DNA from: Eledone cirrhosa
Lineage: Eukaryota
NCBI GenBank assembly: GCA_964016885.1
Contig: OZ024743.1
Location: forward strand, 299,522,001 to 299,586,000
DNA: 64,000 nucleotides
Direction of reading: 5' to 3'
The notes under the pieces were generated by a model. It did no database searches, was not told the DNA's origin, and saw only the letters and a program-made list of their open reading frames with translations. Position 1 is the stretch's first letter. Every line of letters begins with the position of its first letter. The position numbers were made by a program, and so were the translations under genes. Below, in pieces: positions 51,293 to 64,000 of this stretch.

Positions 51293-52746
51293 CTGCTATA
51301 TTTCCTCATCTCTTTGGTTTTAGTTCATTATTATTACCATTATTGGTTTTCTACGGTTTCTCAATTTAGTTTTCATACTCTCTTTAGCTATTCTTACCCT
51401 ATCTATCACATTTACCATTATTACATTTTTACTCACAATTGTCGCCTTATAAGTTTCTATCTTTATTTTCATCCCTGGTTGGGATGAAAATAATATTATA
51501 TTTAATATTATATATACATTTATATAGGGTCAATTTATATTGATTATATATAAATGTTTACCTTTTTGCTCCTTCCTACCCTCCATAGTTCTATTTCTTT
51601 ATGTTCCCATTGGTCTACCATAGTTTTATTTAGAGTTTTTTTTCCTTGATAACGTAATTCGTCTGGATGTATCGTAATATATATTTTGATAGATATTTTA
51701 GCTTTCTTATTGTAATATCTTAATTTTATTCGACTTTGATGACTTAAATTTTATTCCATATGAAGTGACCCATAATGTCGTTTAAACAGTTTTAGTACTA
51801 ATTAATTTAATAAGGTTTTCAATTTAATTCTTTGATCCAGAATAGTAATATTGTCTATATTTACCTTGTGACTTGTAACGTCTGTGCTTGTTTTTGTTTT
51901 TGTTCTTCGTTTTATTTTATTTATTTTTTTATTACCACATGCTGTCTGTTCTGCTATCATTTGTTATTGTCTCCTGATATGTCTATTTGTATGCATCGCG
52001 TAAATAAGTCTTAAGCATTTTCCATTGATTCTGTCTGTCTGCTATTGTAATATTAACATTATTATTTTTGCGGAATTGAATTATATATACATGTCCGAAA
52101 TTGAGGTACTGTTTTGTAATATTTTATGAATTTGAACTGCATATACCTCTGGATATTTATTGTCTATATTATATATAGTTATATATATTTTTTTCACCAT
52201 ACTTTATTTTTATATGATATTTTTTCTTACACTGTGAAAAACTTTATATACAATTTCTTGACCTTAAATGATACGTATGATGTAGTTTTATATATTTTTT
52301 TAATGTCAGTATATTATTCCATTGTTTTTGATATTGTTTATGCACACCGTCAGGGTGATTATGCTATTATAATGATTATTATATTTAAATATTTAAACAT
52401 GTGTTAGTATGTGTTTGTGTAAATGTGTATATATATGGATATATATATATACATATATATTAAGCTTTTTATTTCTTATTATCCATTATATTGTTTTCTA
52501 TATCATATTATAATTCTCATATTGTATTACCATGTTGTATTTCATGTATTTGTCTTATATTGTTCTTTCGACGTGGGTTTGACATATTACTTGCTCTCTT
52601 GCTCTATAGTCTATATTTGCAAATGGACACTTTTAGCTTTAGCATGTCTATCCATGATGTCTTTCCTAAGTTTTCATAGATATAAATTCCCTGTTCTTCT
52701 GAGTTTTGGTTTGTTCTAGCCGTCAATGCTTCTTGTCTCTTTCCTT

Positions 52747-52787
52747 GCCCTGATGAGTCCTTATTAATGGGACGAAACATTGTCGGC
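52747..52787 (+). ncRNA. Minimal type I hammerhead ribozyme, canonical core
   Basis: gcc-CTGATGA-gtcc ttattaatg ggac-GAAAC-att-GTC-ggc. Confidence 0.9.
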
Positions 52788-52944
52788 TAATAAAGACTTT
52801 TGATGTATTGAAGGCTTCTTTGTTTATTTTTTATAATTTTTTATAATTTTTCCGCTCTGTTTGATTACATTGAGATATATCTTATACTGTCATTCCTCTA
52901 ATACGACGAGTGTGTTTAACTCTAACACACTCAAGCGTTTTAAT

Positions 52945-53009
<65 letters not shown>

Positions 53010-53219
53010 ATATATTTCCATATATATATATATATAAGAACTTTGCAACTTTCAAACACTTTAAGCCAGTGTTAAAGCCCGATGGCTAAAAATGACCTCC
53101 CCTATTGGCCCCTATACCTCCTCCCCACCCTACCCCACCCCTCCTCAACCTGAAATACGGCCACTATGGTTATGTGAGTACCTCCTTCCTATCTACATTT
53201 TCTGCCTGTAGAGGTGTTT

Positions 53220-53506
53220 TTATGTGCCTGCGTATATGCGTATATTTATTGAGTACTTATTTATTTGTATGTGTATATATTTGTCTGTATGTGTGTATAT
53301 GTATGTGTATGTGTGTATATATATATATGTATGTGTGTATACGTGTTTTATGTGTGTATATTTATGTATGTATATATATGTATATATGTATATATATGTG
53401 TATATGTATATATATATATATATATGTGTGTATATATATATGTGTGTGTATATATGTGTATGTATGTGTATGTGTATGTATGTATGTATGTATGTATATG
53501 TGTGTG

Positions 53507-53567
<61 letters not shown>

Positions 53568-53638
53568 CTGTATGTGTGTGTATGTGTGTGTGTGTGTATA
53601 TATATATATATGTGTGTGTGTGGGCAGGTGTGTGTATA

Positions 53639-53681
<43 letters not shown>

Positions 53682-53771
53682 GTGTTTATATATGCGTTAT
53701 ATGTCTGTATATATGTGTATATTTATGTATAGGTCTGTGTATGTATGTGTATATATGTATATGTATGGATA

Positions 53772-53802
<31 letters not shown>

Positions 53803-53929
53803 TTATACATATGCATGTGTGTATGTGTGTGTGTGTGTGTGTATATATGTGTATATGTGTGTGTGTGTATATGTATGTGTGTGTATATGTATGTATATGT
53901 ATGTATGTGTGTATGTATGTATATATATA

Positions 53930-53960
<31 letters not shown>

Positions 53961-54009
53961 GTATATGTATGTATGTGTGTGTATATTTATTTATATATAT
54001 ATATTTATG

Positions 54010-54044
<35 letters not shown>

Positions 54045-54123
54045 GTATGTGTGTATATATGTGTATGTATTTGTGTATATATGTATGTATGTGTATGTGT
54101 ATATGTGTATGTATATGTGTGTA

Positions 54124-54174
<51 letters not shown>

Positions 54175-54210
54175 GTTTATATATATATGAATATATGTAT
54201 GAATGGTGTA

Positions 54211-54287
<77 letters not shown>

Positions 54288-54384
54288 GGTGCTTTTTCCT
54301 TATATATGTGTATATGTGTGTGTGTATATATATATGTATGTATGTGTGTGTGTGTGTATGTATATGTATATGTATATATTTGTT

Positions 54385-54420
<36 letters not shown>
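53220..54420. repeat. 1.2 kb compound (TA/TG/TC)n microsatellite
   Basis: Directly visible. Confidence 0.97.
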
Positions 54421-54421
<1 letters not shown>

Positions 54422-55375
54422 TAGACATGAAAAATGCGCAAGCTCAAAAGTGCCACAGAATGTTATAATAAACCTTCAAAAGTGTGGGACTAGAGTTGTT
54501 GCTAAAAAATATTGTAATTATTATATATCGTACATTCTGTGGCATCCTTTATAAAAATAGCTTAAACCAACGAAGCCTTTATTTTTTCGCTATTTCACTT
54601 AGTTAATTCTTAGAGTGTAACATATAAAAATATGATTTACAACTATAAAATAAATTAATTAATATAATAACAGAGCTGCGGAGCTGAAATTTAGGAAATA
54701 ATGGAGTATCGGATCCTGAGTTGGAGCCAGTCAATTTTTGGCCGACTCCGCAGCCCTGTATAATACATTTCATATTAAAGTTATTAATAAACCTATTTTA
54801 CACTTCATGCAAATTACCACGAGATATTGATATTAGATATAAGATACAGCGCAATATCTACAGCTGTAAAAGTACGAAAGCGAAGTAATAATAAGTGGCT
54901 TAAGGTAATTCCAATATGAAAGTTTGTAGTGATAAAAATTTGATAATGCAATACGATTGTTAATATTATAGTTCTATGAAAATGTAACAATAGATAACTA
55001 AATTATTTTACTATTAGTATATTTAAGAAATTATCATTATAGATTTGATCGTTCATATAAGCATCATATTAAGTTTCAACACAATTATTTTGTTACTATG
55101 AGTATATGATAATAATATTACGTAATTATTTATAGCTGTTATTACATTAAACATAGATGTATTTATTTTTATATGTTACACTCTAAGAATTAACTAAGTG
55201 AAATAGCGTAAAAATAAAGGCTTCGTTGGTTTAAGCTATTTTTATAAAGGATGCCACAGAATGTACGATATATAATGATTACAATATTTTTTAGCAACAA
55301 CTCTAGTCCCACACTTTTGAAGGTTTATTATAACATTCTGTGGCACTTTTGAGCTTGCGCATTTTTCATGTCTAG
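54421..55375. mobile_element. Non-coding element with ~212 bp near-perfect terminal inverted repeats ending in CTAG
   Basis: 54421-54632 is the reverse complement of 55164-55375 with very few mismatches. Confidence 0.8.
54671..54758. mobile_element. 88-bp hAT-like MITE remnant
   Basis: TIRs cagagctgcggag / ctccgcagccctg; 8-bp flanks tataataa / tataatac. Confidence 0.7.
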
Positions 55376-55929
55376 TTTAATATTTTTTTAAGGCAACGCT
55401 TGTAATAACTCTAGTTAAACAGGATATATATTAATAATAAATTATCGTTGTAATGTAATTAGATTATGTAATTGTTATTATAAATTATCTTATAAATATT
55501 AGTGTAAGATGTATAAAAATATTTTCAGACTTTTAATATAAACAACTACAAAAAACAATCAATATTAAATCAATATATTATACATAATAGAAAACATAAA
55601 ATATACAATACAAAAACAAAATATTTACATACAATTGCAATTATCAGTGTATATATATTTTCTTTATATTCCCTGAGCAAATTAATAAGATTTGTTTTTA
55701 TTGTACATAATTTGATGACTTGTTGGAGTGTATTAAAATATAGCAACAATTTGTGATTAAATTATTATCTTAAGCAACTCACTTTTTAATAGTTGTTGGC
55801 TGAGCGAAATTGTAAAAGCCTATGAGCAAATATAAAAAAAAATACACAAACAACATTTCCTTGTGTTATTACAACATTAGATAAAATAATTGAGCAATGT
55901 CGTTATATTTTGCTCTTATTGCACATTAA

Positions 55930-56100
55930 TAGTGTTTCTATTTTTCGGCACAAATCCATTACGGCAGTCCATTACTGGTACTTTATTTTATCGAATTAGT
56001 AAGTATGAAAGTCGAAGTTAACCTCGGCAGGATTTGAACTTAGAATGCAAAGGACCATAACAATACTGCAAAGCATGGTGTCTGACGCTCTACCAATACT
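55930..56100 (-). mobile_element. tRNA-derived SINE, family A (diverged)
   Basis: ctggtactttattttatcg..aacctcggcaggatttgaact..aaagcatggtgtc. Confidence 0.8.
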
Positions 56101-56493
56101 TGTGTTGAGCTGGTCATTAATTTATGGTGGTCGTGCGTGGAGTAGAGCAATCGATAGTTGAAATATTATGAACAAAACATTTTTATTTGCCGAAGAACAT
56201 ATTTTCAATACTGTTTGTGAATGTGACGAAGGAAATACATTCTGATATGGAACAGTGTACAAAGTGTGTCTGTGAATAACATAATGTTACCTCATGTTGT
56301 TGTCAAGACATAATGGATTTCGTATATCCAGTTAGAAGATGAAACCTAGCCATCTCGGATTAGTTATATTTCATGCCATGTGTAAACGTGTTTGAGGATA
56401 GCAAAATATGCGCGTTAATTATAATAATTAGTTAATAATATTACAAAATATACCTAATTAAACTCTTTGCTTGAACTTTTATCATTCTTCGTT

Positions 56494-56530
<37 letters not shown>

Positions 56531-57902
56531 GGAGAGAGAGAGAGAGAGAGAGAGATTTATCTAGTCCTTCGCTCAAGATTAATCTATAAGTTTAGATGTG
56601 TGCCTTCGTTTAAGTAAATATTACAGTAAGATTTTTAATATAAACAACTACAAAAAACAATTAATATTAAAACGAAAAAATTATCAATGATAAAAGAAGC
56701 GGATGCAACTTTTTTTTTTATAAAGTTATATTCCTGTTTCTTTAAAGAACATTTCATTTTTGTTCTATTGTAGGCGAAATAATGCAATGGTTTAATAGGG
56801 AAGATATAACTTACGAATTATGTCTCTAACCGTGTACGCTTTTTAAGTAGATAACTACAATTGAAAATACTAAAGAAATGGAACCAACAATTCAATTTGA
56901 AAGTCGTCTAGTGACAGTGTATTTCTGGTACTTTATTTTATCGACCCCGTAACGATGAAAGGCAAAAATGCAAATGCTTAAAATTTAAATTGCTTTAATT
57001 CTATCGTCTGCTGTTTCATTAAAGGAAGATTATCGTCTGTATTTAATTCTATCGTCTACTGTTCCACTAAACAGATATACCTCCACTATCGTCTCTATTT
57101 ATACATTTTAACTTATAACTTATACACATTTGATTTGAAATATTTTATCTAGTCCCCCCTCTCAATATTATGATGATTTCTTTCGAATGAAACAGTTCTA
57201 GTCCTGTAGAAGCCATTTATATATATAATTGAACTGAGTTAAAAATTCACAATATTTATAATTAAATAAGCTCATATATATATGTGTGTATTTATCTGTT
57301 TATTGTATTATATATAATGTGTGTATATACAGGATGTCCCCCAAAAATATATACACACTTCAACAGCATTCTAATAACTATTGCCTGTACAGGTAATCAA
57401 AGTGTCAATCGAATGTTAGTTTCGTGTTTTAACAGTACAAATTTACAATACACACATAAAACCAGTGTATATACATACATGAGTGTGTATACACATACAT
57501 GAATGTGTATATACAATATATATGTATATATATATAGACACATATATTCACGGTGCAACGGTACATTAAAATATAGATGCGGGAGAGGGGGGGTGTATAT
57601 ATAGGGGCGCTGGGGATAAAGGAGTGTAAAGCGTGTGTAATTGATATATTGAAGGAGAGGAGCGTGCAGCGATAGAGTAACAAATATATAGAGAGGGGGA
57701 GAGATGGTATTGAAGGGGAGGAGTGCAAAGCGAAAGAGTAAGATGTATATATAGAGACGGAACAGATAGAGAGAAACAGGCGTAAGTAACAGTGGAAGAG
57801 ATATAGAGAGAGGTACTCTGATTGGTTGAAAATTAGCCAATGACATACGATCACCACCACCACGGCTATCCCCGAAAAATTTTTAAAGAAGCTAGGCATA
57901 TA

Positions 57903-57957
57903 TGTTAGAACACGAAAAGTGAACATTCTGTTGTTTCACACTTTTCGTGTTCTAACA
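57903..57957. repeat. Hairpin with perfect 19-bp arms
   Basis: tgttagaacacgaaaagtg ... cacttttcgtgttctaaca. Confidence 0.9.
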
Positions 57958-58169
57958 GATATATATATATGTATATATCTATATATCTATGTGTCTTTAT
58001 GTGTATATGTATACACATGTATATTTGTGTTTGTATGTATGTGTGTGAGTGTATTTTTATATGTGTATATATGTGTGTGTGTGTGTGTATATATGTGTGT
58101 GTGTGTGTATATATATGAATGTGTGTGTGTATATATATGTGTGTGTGTATATATATATATATTTTTTTT

Positions 58170-58212
<43 letters not shown>

Positions 58213-58805
58213 ATGTATATGTATGTATATGAATATATTTATATATATTTATATATATATATGTGTGTGTGTTTTTATGTGTGTATATGTGTATGTGTAT
58301 GTGTGTTTATGGTTGCGCGTGAGTGGGTGAGTGAGTGTTTTTTTGTGAATGTGTCTGTTGATTTTTGGCATATAGTTGATTAGTTTAAGAGAAGTTCGAA
58401 GATAATTGTAAGATATGCACTCAGTATTTTGAATCTGTCTACAGAATTCTCTAAACCTTTGTCACTTAGTAGAACCTTAATGATTTTAGCTTTCAAAGAA
58501 TCTCCCTTTTCTTTAATTCTTCCTACCATGACTGACCCCCCACTGATCTTATAGACATCTGTTAGCTTAAGAGAAACTTAATGACAAGGATTGGTATGCC
58601 ATCCGGAACCTGTTTATAGAATTCTGTCTGCCTTTGTTACTCTAAAAACATAAATAAATAAAAATAAAAATAAACTATAGCTTTGTAGAATTAGCTTTTA
58701 ATGAATTCCCTTTTCTATCAACCAATGACCTACACCCATCCCACTCCCCACCCTCTCCTACCACTTGTAGAGACCTATAAATACCATTTTTATTTTTTGA
58801 TACCC

Positions 58806-58856
58806 AGATTCCTGATGATTTCTAAAGAATGAAACAGTTCTAGTCCTGTAGAATCT
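58806..58856 (+). ncRNA. Type I hammerhead ribozyme; decayed paralog at ~57170-57212
   Basis: agattc-CTGATGA-tttctaaagaat-GAAA-cag ttctagtc ctg-TA-gaatct. Confidence 0.85.
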
Positions 58857-59562
58857 CATCTATATTAAAACTTTTATACTCTGCTATGTATTGAGTACCT
58901 TACTTACTGTGGTTATTTCCGATTCAACCCGGAATAACGTATATATATATATATATTGTTATACATGGGGAGGGTCATATTTGTGTAATAATATTGCCAG
59001 AATTAATAACAGAACACACTCGCTGTTTGGTTGGTTTTCTCTTCTGTGACTTTTATATCGGTTAATTTAATTTATTCGGCCCTCAATGTTACCATTGACT
59101 GACCAACGGTAAAAAAATACAGATACAATATAGACACAAACATATATATATAGTCTAACAAAGTTGTTTCGTTGCACATCTGCAACATCGTCTGTGTTGC
59201 TATTATGTTTCCTCCCGTTTTATTGTATGCTTACGCGATCTTTATTTAGTCCGTTTATTTATTTATTTATTTATGTGTTTGTCTTCTCTGCGCATGCGTT
59301 TGCGTGTGTGTATAGTGTTTTGTTTGATGTGTGCTCGTGTTTGGGTGAATGTCTATTGGTTATTGTATTCTATCTTAGTTTACTATTGTGTGTTTATATG
59401 TGTTTATTGTTATTTTTCTTGTGTATGTATTTGTTTCGACACACGATTTCATATAAAAAACCTCGCAAAACTATATATATATATATATTTTTTTTTTTTC
59501 TAACCCATGCTAGTGTGGAAAGTGGACGTTAAACGAGGATGATGATGATGATGATGATATAT

Positions 59563-59612
<50 letters not shown>

Positions 59613-59614
<2 letters not shown>

Positions 59615-59788
59615 ATTATTTCTACTTTTAGCACAAGGCCAGCAAATACCAGTACATTACTGGTACATTATTTTATCAACCCCGTAAGAATGAAAGGCAA
59701 AGTTAACCTCGGCGGGATTTGAACTCAGATCGTAAAGGGACGTAACTATGCTGGAAAGCATGTCCGATCCTCTACTGATACTGCCAAT
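59613..59788 (-). mobile_element. tRNA-derived SINE, family A
   Basis: Matches the family consensus. Confidence 0.88.
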
Positions 59789-59798
59789 ACATAATGTT

Positions 59799-60176
<378 letters not shown>

Positions 60177-60178
<2 letters not shown>

Positions 60179-60292
60179 GGAAAAAGTAAGACCCCGACGG
60201 CAGAGCTCAAGCCTTTTCGACGGTTATTTCTGTGTCCAGAAATAGCCGTCGAAACGGCTTGAGCTCTGCCGTCGAGCTCTTACTTTTTCCTA
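60177..60292. repeat. ~55 bp-arm hairpin; single arms also at ~38780-38825 and ~61479-61525
   Basis: taggaaaaagtaaga..cgacggcagagctcaagcc / ggcttgagctctgccgtcg..tcttactttttccta. Confidence 0.88.
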
Positions 60293-60564
60293 TTTCCCAC
60301 TCTACTGCCCTAAATATTGAGTACTCTGGCGCGTTATGGTCCATCTGGTTCCTTACCACAATTCCTTTGTTACATATATATATATATATATATATATAAA
60401 TACATATATATTGTACATGATTGTATAAGTTTATGTTTCCCTATCTGTATATCATACTCGATTATTAATAAATAAACCACTCACTCTACAAAAATTGTTG
60501 AGTGCTTTATATTAGTTATAAAACTTTTCAGTTTGTTGAATCCCAACAAATTAAATGTATCTTC

Positions 60565-60607
<43 letters not shown>

Positions 60608-60610
<3 letters not shown>

Positions 60611-61447
60611 AAAAATGGAGTGCTGCGTGGTTGCACATGGGTTACATATGAATAAAATTAGTCCTTCATCAGTGATCTTCCAACCTTCATTGGTATTTCA
60701 TCGCTTTAAGAATCATATACCTCTGGTTGGTGCGAGCAATAACTAAATAAAGTTATTGGGACAAGTAAAATAGGGTGAAGCGAGCGAGACATGTAAACAA
60801 ACAAACAAAGATGGTATTGTAACGGAAAGATAGGAAGAGACAAGTACATGATATATATAAGCTTAAGCTTGGTGAAATCATGGACGAGAAATACAGACCA
60901 TCTGACCTGAGTGAGATGTGAGCGAGAAAAGGATTTCACACAGGTCAAACGGGAGGAAGTGAGAGAGGGGGAGAAGCAGAGAGTGAGTGAGTGGAAGTTT
61001 GAGGAAGAGGCTAGCTGAGAGAGAATCTGACTAGCAGAGTGGTAGAAAGAAAGTGAGAGATACAGAGAGAGGGGAAGCAGTAAGAAAGAAACAGACAATC
61101 GCAGCTCATGAAAATATTTAAATATAAGAAAAATGGAGTTCTGCCTGGTTGCACATGGGTTACATATGAATAAAATTAGTCCTTCATCAGTGATCTTCCA
61201 ACCTTCATTGGTATTTCATCGCTTTAAAAATCATATACCTCTGGTTGGTGCGAGTAATAACTAAATAAAGTTACTGGGACAAGTAAAATAGGGTGAAGCG
61301 AGCGAGACGTGTAAACAAACAAAGATGGTATTGCAACGGAAAGATAGGAAGAGACAAGTACCAATGAAGGTTGGAAGATCACTGATGAAGGACTAATTTT
61401 ATTCATATGTAACCCATAAGCTTAAGCTTGGTGAAATCATGGACGAT
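60608..61447. repeat. Partial tandem duplication (60608-60847, 61124-61360) with an embedded ~58 bp inversion (61358-61417); pLTR-like
   Basis: ggttgcacatgggttacatatgaataaaattagtccttcatcagtg occurs twice and its reverse complement once; bounded by (TA)n. Confidence 0.85.
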
Positions 61448-61448
61448 A

Positions 61449-61484
<36 letters not shown>

Positions 61485-61522
61485 GAAACGGCTGGAGCTC
61501 TGCCGTCGGGGTCAAACGTTTT

Positions 61523-61596
<74 letters not shown>

Positions 61597-61672
61597 GAGA
61601 ATAGGACCAAACTTATTTGGCCGCCCTGCTTCGGAACGATTTCTAGTCCTTGAGAAGTCATTTCTATATGAA

Positions 61673-61716
<44 letters not shown>

Positions 61717-62560
61717 GTGCGTGCGTGTGTGTGTGTGTGTTTATATGATCGGCGATCCTGGGTGCGGTTGTTAAACTAAAATTATTTTCGATTAGATTCA
61801 CTGTATAAATGTTTCGAATATAAACTCTTTTTCCTAATTACAAGAGGGCATCTCTTTTGGGGGAGCAGGGGAAATCTAGAAAGCCATTAGACTATAAGTG
61901 GAACTTGGTGACATATACCGATATGTTTCGATTTAATTAAACCTCAAAGCTTATTCGCTTAGAATGATCAATGGTGTATAGGAATTTGAAACGCTGTTTA
62001 CGTGTTACCAAAAGCTTGAGGGGACATTCTGCAGGAAGCGGATGCATATGACTTATTTTAAATCCGAATAAACATATTTAATCAGTTTAATCTTGCTTTT
62101 AGAAATAATTTAGAATTCAATAGACTTCATTAAATCTATTACTTTTAAAATAACAAAAGATAAATACCACATAAAATTATATATTATTCCTCTGTCTGCA
62201 AAGGGGAAATAAACAACAACAACAAAACAATATAAAAGATGAAACTTATACAAAAGAAAGTTACACAGTTATCTTCGTCAAAACAGCCCACTAGAAATAA
62301 ACTCTTTAAATTATCCGTTTAAGGAATATGATATTTTACACCTGTAAACCTGCTCAGATTTGGTAACACTGTAAATAAGTTACATATCTATTCTATTCTT
62401 TTACATGCTACATTTATTTTTTTATAACATAGACAAGACGCCGAGGGCAGTTCTCACGCCCCTTTACAATTTCTGAAAAACTGGCTTGAGACAAGATATC
62501 CTCGAATTGGTGGTATACTTGCAACAGAGTCAACTCCGCTAAATGCACCATCCCTCTATA

Positions 62561-62747
62561 AATAATTGTTTCTACTTTAGGCACAAGGCCAGCAATTACC
62601 CAGTGCATTACTGGTACTTTATTTTATCGACCCTGTAAGGATGAAAGGCAAATTCAACCTCGGCGGGATTTGAACTCAGATCCTAAAGGGACGTAACTAT
62701 GCTGGAAAGCATGGCGTCCGACCCTCTACCGATACTGCCGATCCACC
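62561..62747 (-). mobile_element. tRNA-derived SINE, family A, full length
   Basis: Near-identical reverse complement of 49204-49394. Confidence 0.92.
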
Positions 62748-64000
62748 TTCTTTATGATATGATCTCATAACACACCCTTTACAATCCACTCGGAAAATGC
62801 ATTGCATTAAAATAGTTTCAATGTTAAGTCTTATACATAAATATATAGAATTTCATTCGTGCATATATTTTAATTTCAGTTTTCCATGAAATAATTCTCG
62901 TAACATTGGTTCGTTTTGTCTATAAGCGCGAGTGTTTATGAGTGATATTATACTGTGCATATCTAGGCATTGCTATAACATGTACGCCTAGACGTATATT
63001 CACGTTCCCCTTCCTCAAAGTTGATTTCCTTCCGCTTTAAACTTGTTTTAAGTGTTGAAGAACAACTATCAAAACATTACTATTATATTTTTTCAATTAT
63101 CATTATCACTAAAAATTGAAATAGTATTTTACTTTCCAAAATACATACACATCTAAACTGTATGTTGTTTTTTGTTTAAAAAGCAGTGCAATACAGGTGG
63201 GTTAGATTGCCAAGCTAATAATCAGAAGGGAATCGAAAGAGAATACAAAATGAAAGAAAGCACCCCCACATTTATGATTTAACTGCATTCGCAGCTTTTT
63301 TTTTCTATTCTTTATTCTTGGTGGCTCTTGACTATCCTGTTTATACGAATAACTGATAATACTTATTTAATACAAGGCAAATTGTTTAATGAGATAAACA
63401 CTCGTCATTAGCATATTCATTTTTTTTTTTAAATCAATATTGTTTACACTTTTATAATTAGTATAGTGTTCTTTACATATTTGGTATTTTCCATTATTCT
63501 TACGAATAAATAATATCTAATTTGAAGTGAATATTTCTGAAGAAACACCCAACCCTACCGAAACTAATGTGAAAAACCAATCATTTTAATTTCAAATGAA
63601 ATCCTTATTTAAATACTATAACAATAAAATATGATTTCAATGATGAACGATAGCGGTAATTTCCTCCAACAGAAAAGACAATAATATATAAAGATATAAA
63701 GATTTCTATTACCATTAAGTTTAGAATGAAGCGAGATATGGAATGTTAATGACAGGCAATCAAACAATGCAAACTGCGATATTATGAAAAGAAAAAAATG
63801 CCTATCATTCGAAATGAAATAGTGGCCATGTATTATGCATAATTTTATACATATTATTAAATTATTTGAAGCGTAATAGAAGCACAATTTGTTGTGTTCA
63901 TTACATGTATTTATGAATATGACAGTTTGGTGGAGGATTATGGAAATCCTATGCCATAAATAATTACATTTTCCCGGATACGTTATGCCCATACCACAAC

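Larger units (their letters stand above)
49990..52947 (+). mobile_element. 5'-truncated Naiad-type PLE with long AT-rich 3' region ending in an HHR and (TA)n
   Basis: ORF 50027-51292 followed by an HHR at 52747; continuity of the whole 3' region is inferred. Confidence 0.7.

Noticed and set aside
62430-62556. GC-richer block after a possible splice acceptor (candidate exon)
   Set aside because: No recognisable protein, no convincing donor and no partner exons; abuts a SINE and is more likely a repeat fragment; RNA-seq would decide

Overview
AT-rich, repeat-saturated animal genomic DNA with no host gene I can recognise. The SINE and RTE families suggest an octopod cephalopod, but that is my inference. 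It is intergenic or intronic sequence built from (TA)n/(CA)n/(TACA)n microsatellites and mobile elements. These are: a 5'-truncated but uninterrupted R4/Dong-type RT+RLE retrotransposon in (TAA)n; a second RLE fragment in (CATA)n; a near-complete Penelope-like element (PLE) with an inverted partial copy; four fragments of a second, Naiad-like PLE type; an internally deleted mariner; RTE derivatives; and many tRNA-derived SINEs. The main signal invisible to the ORF track is more than a dozen type I hammerhead ribozyme (HHR) motifs of about ten unrelated sequence families. They are PLE pLTR- or retrozyme-like units, mostly beside (TA)n, and include variants with a CAGAAGA core or an 80-90 nt stem II. 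Local fold-back duplications are also very dense. All calls were made by eye, without alignment or folding software, and repeat boundaries are approximate.
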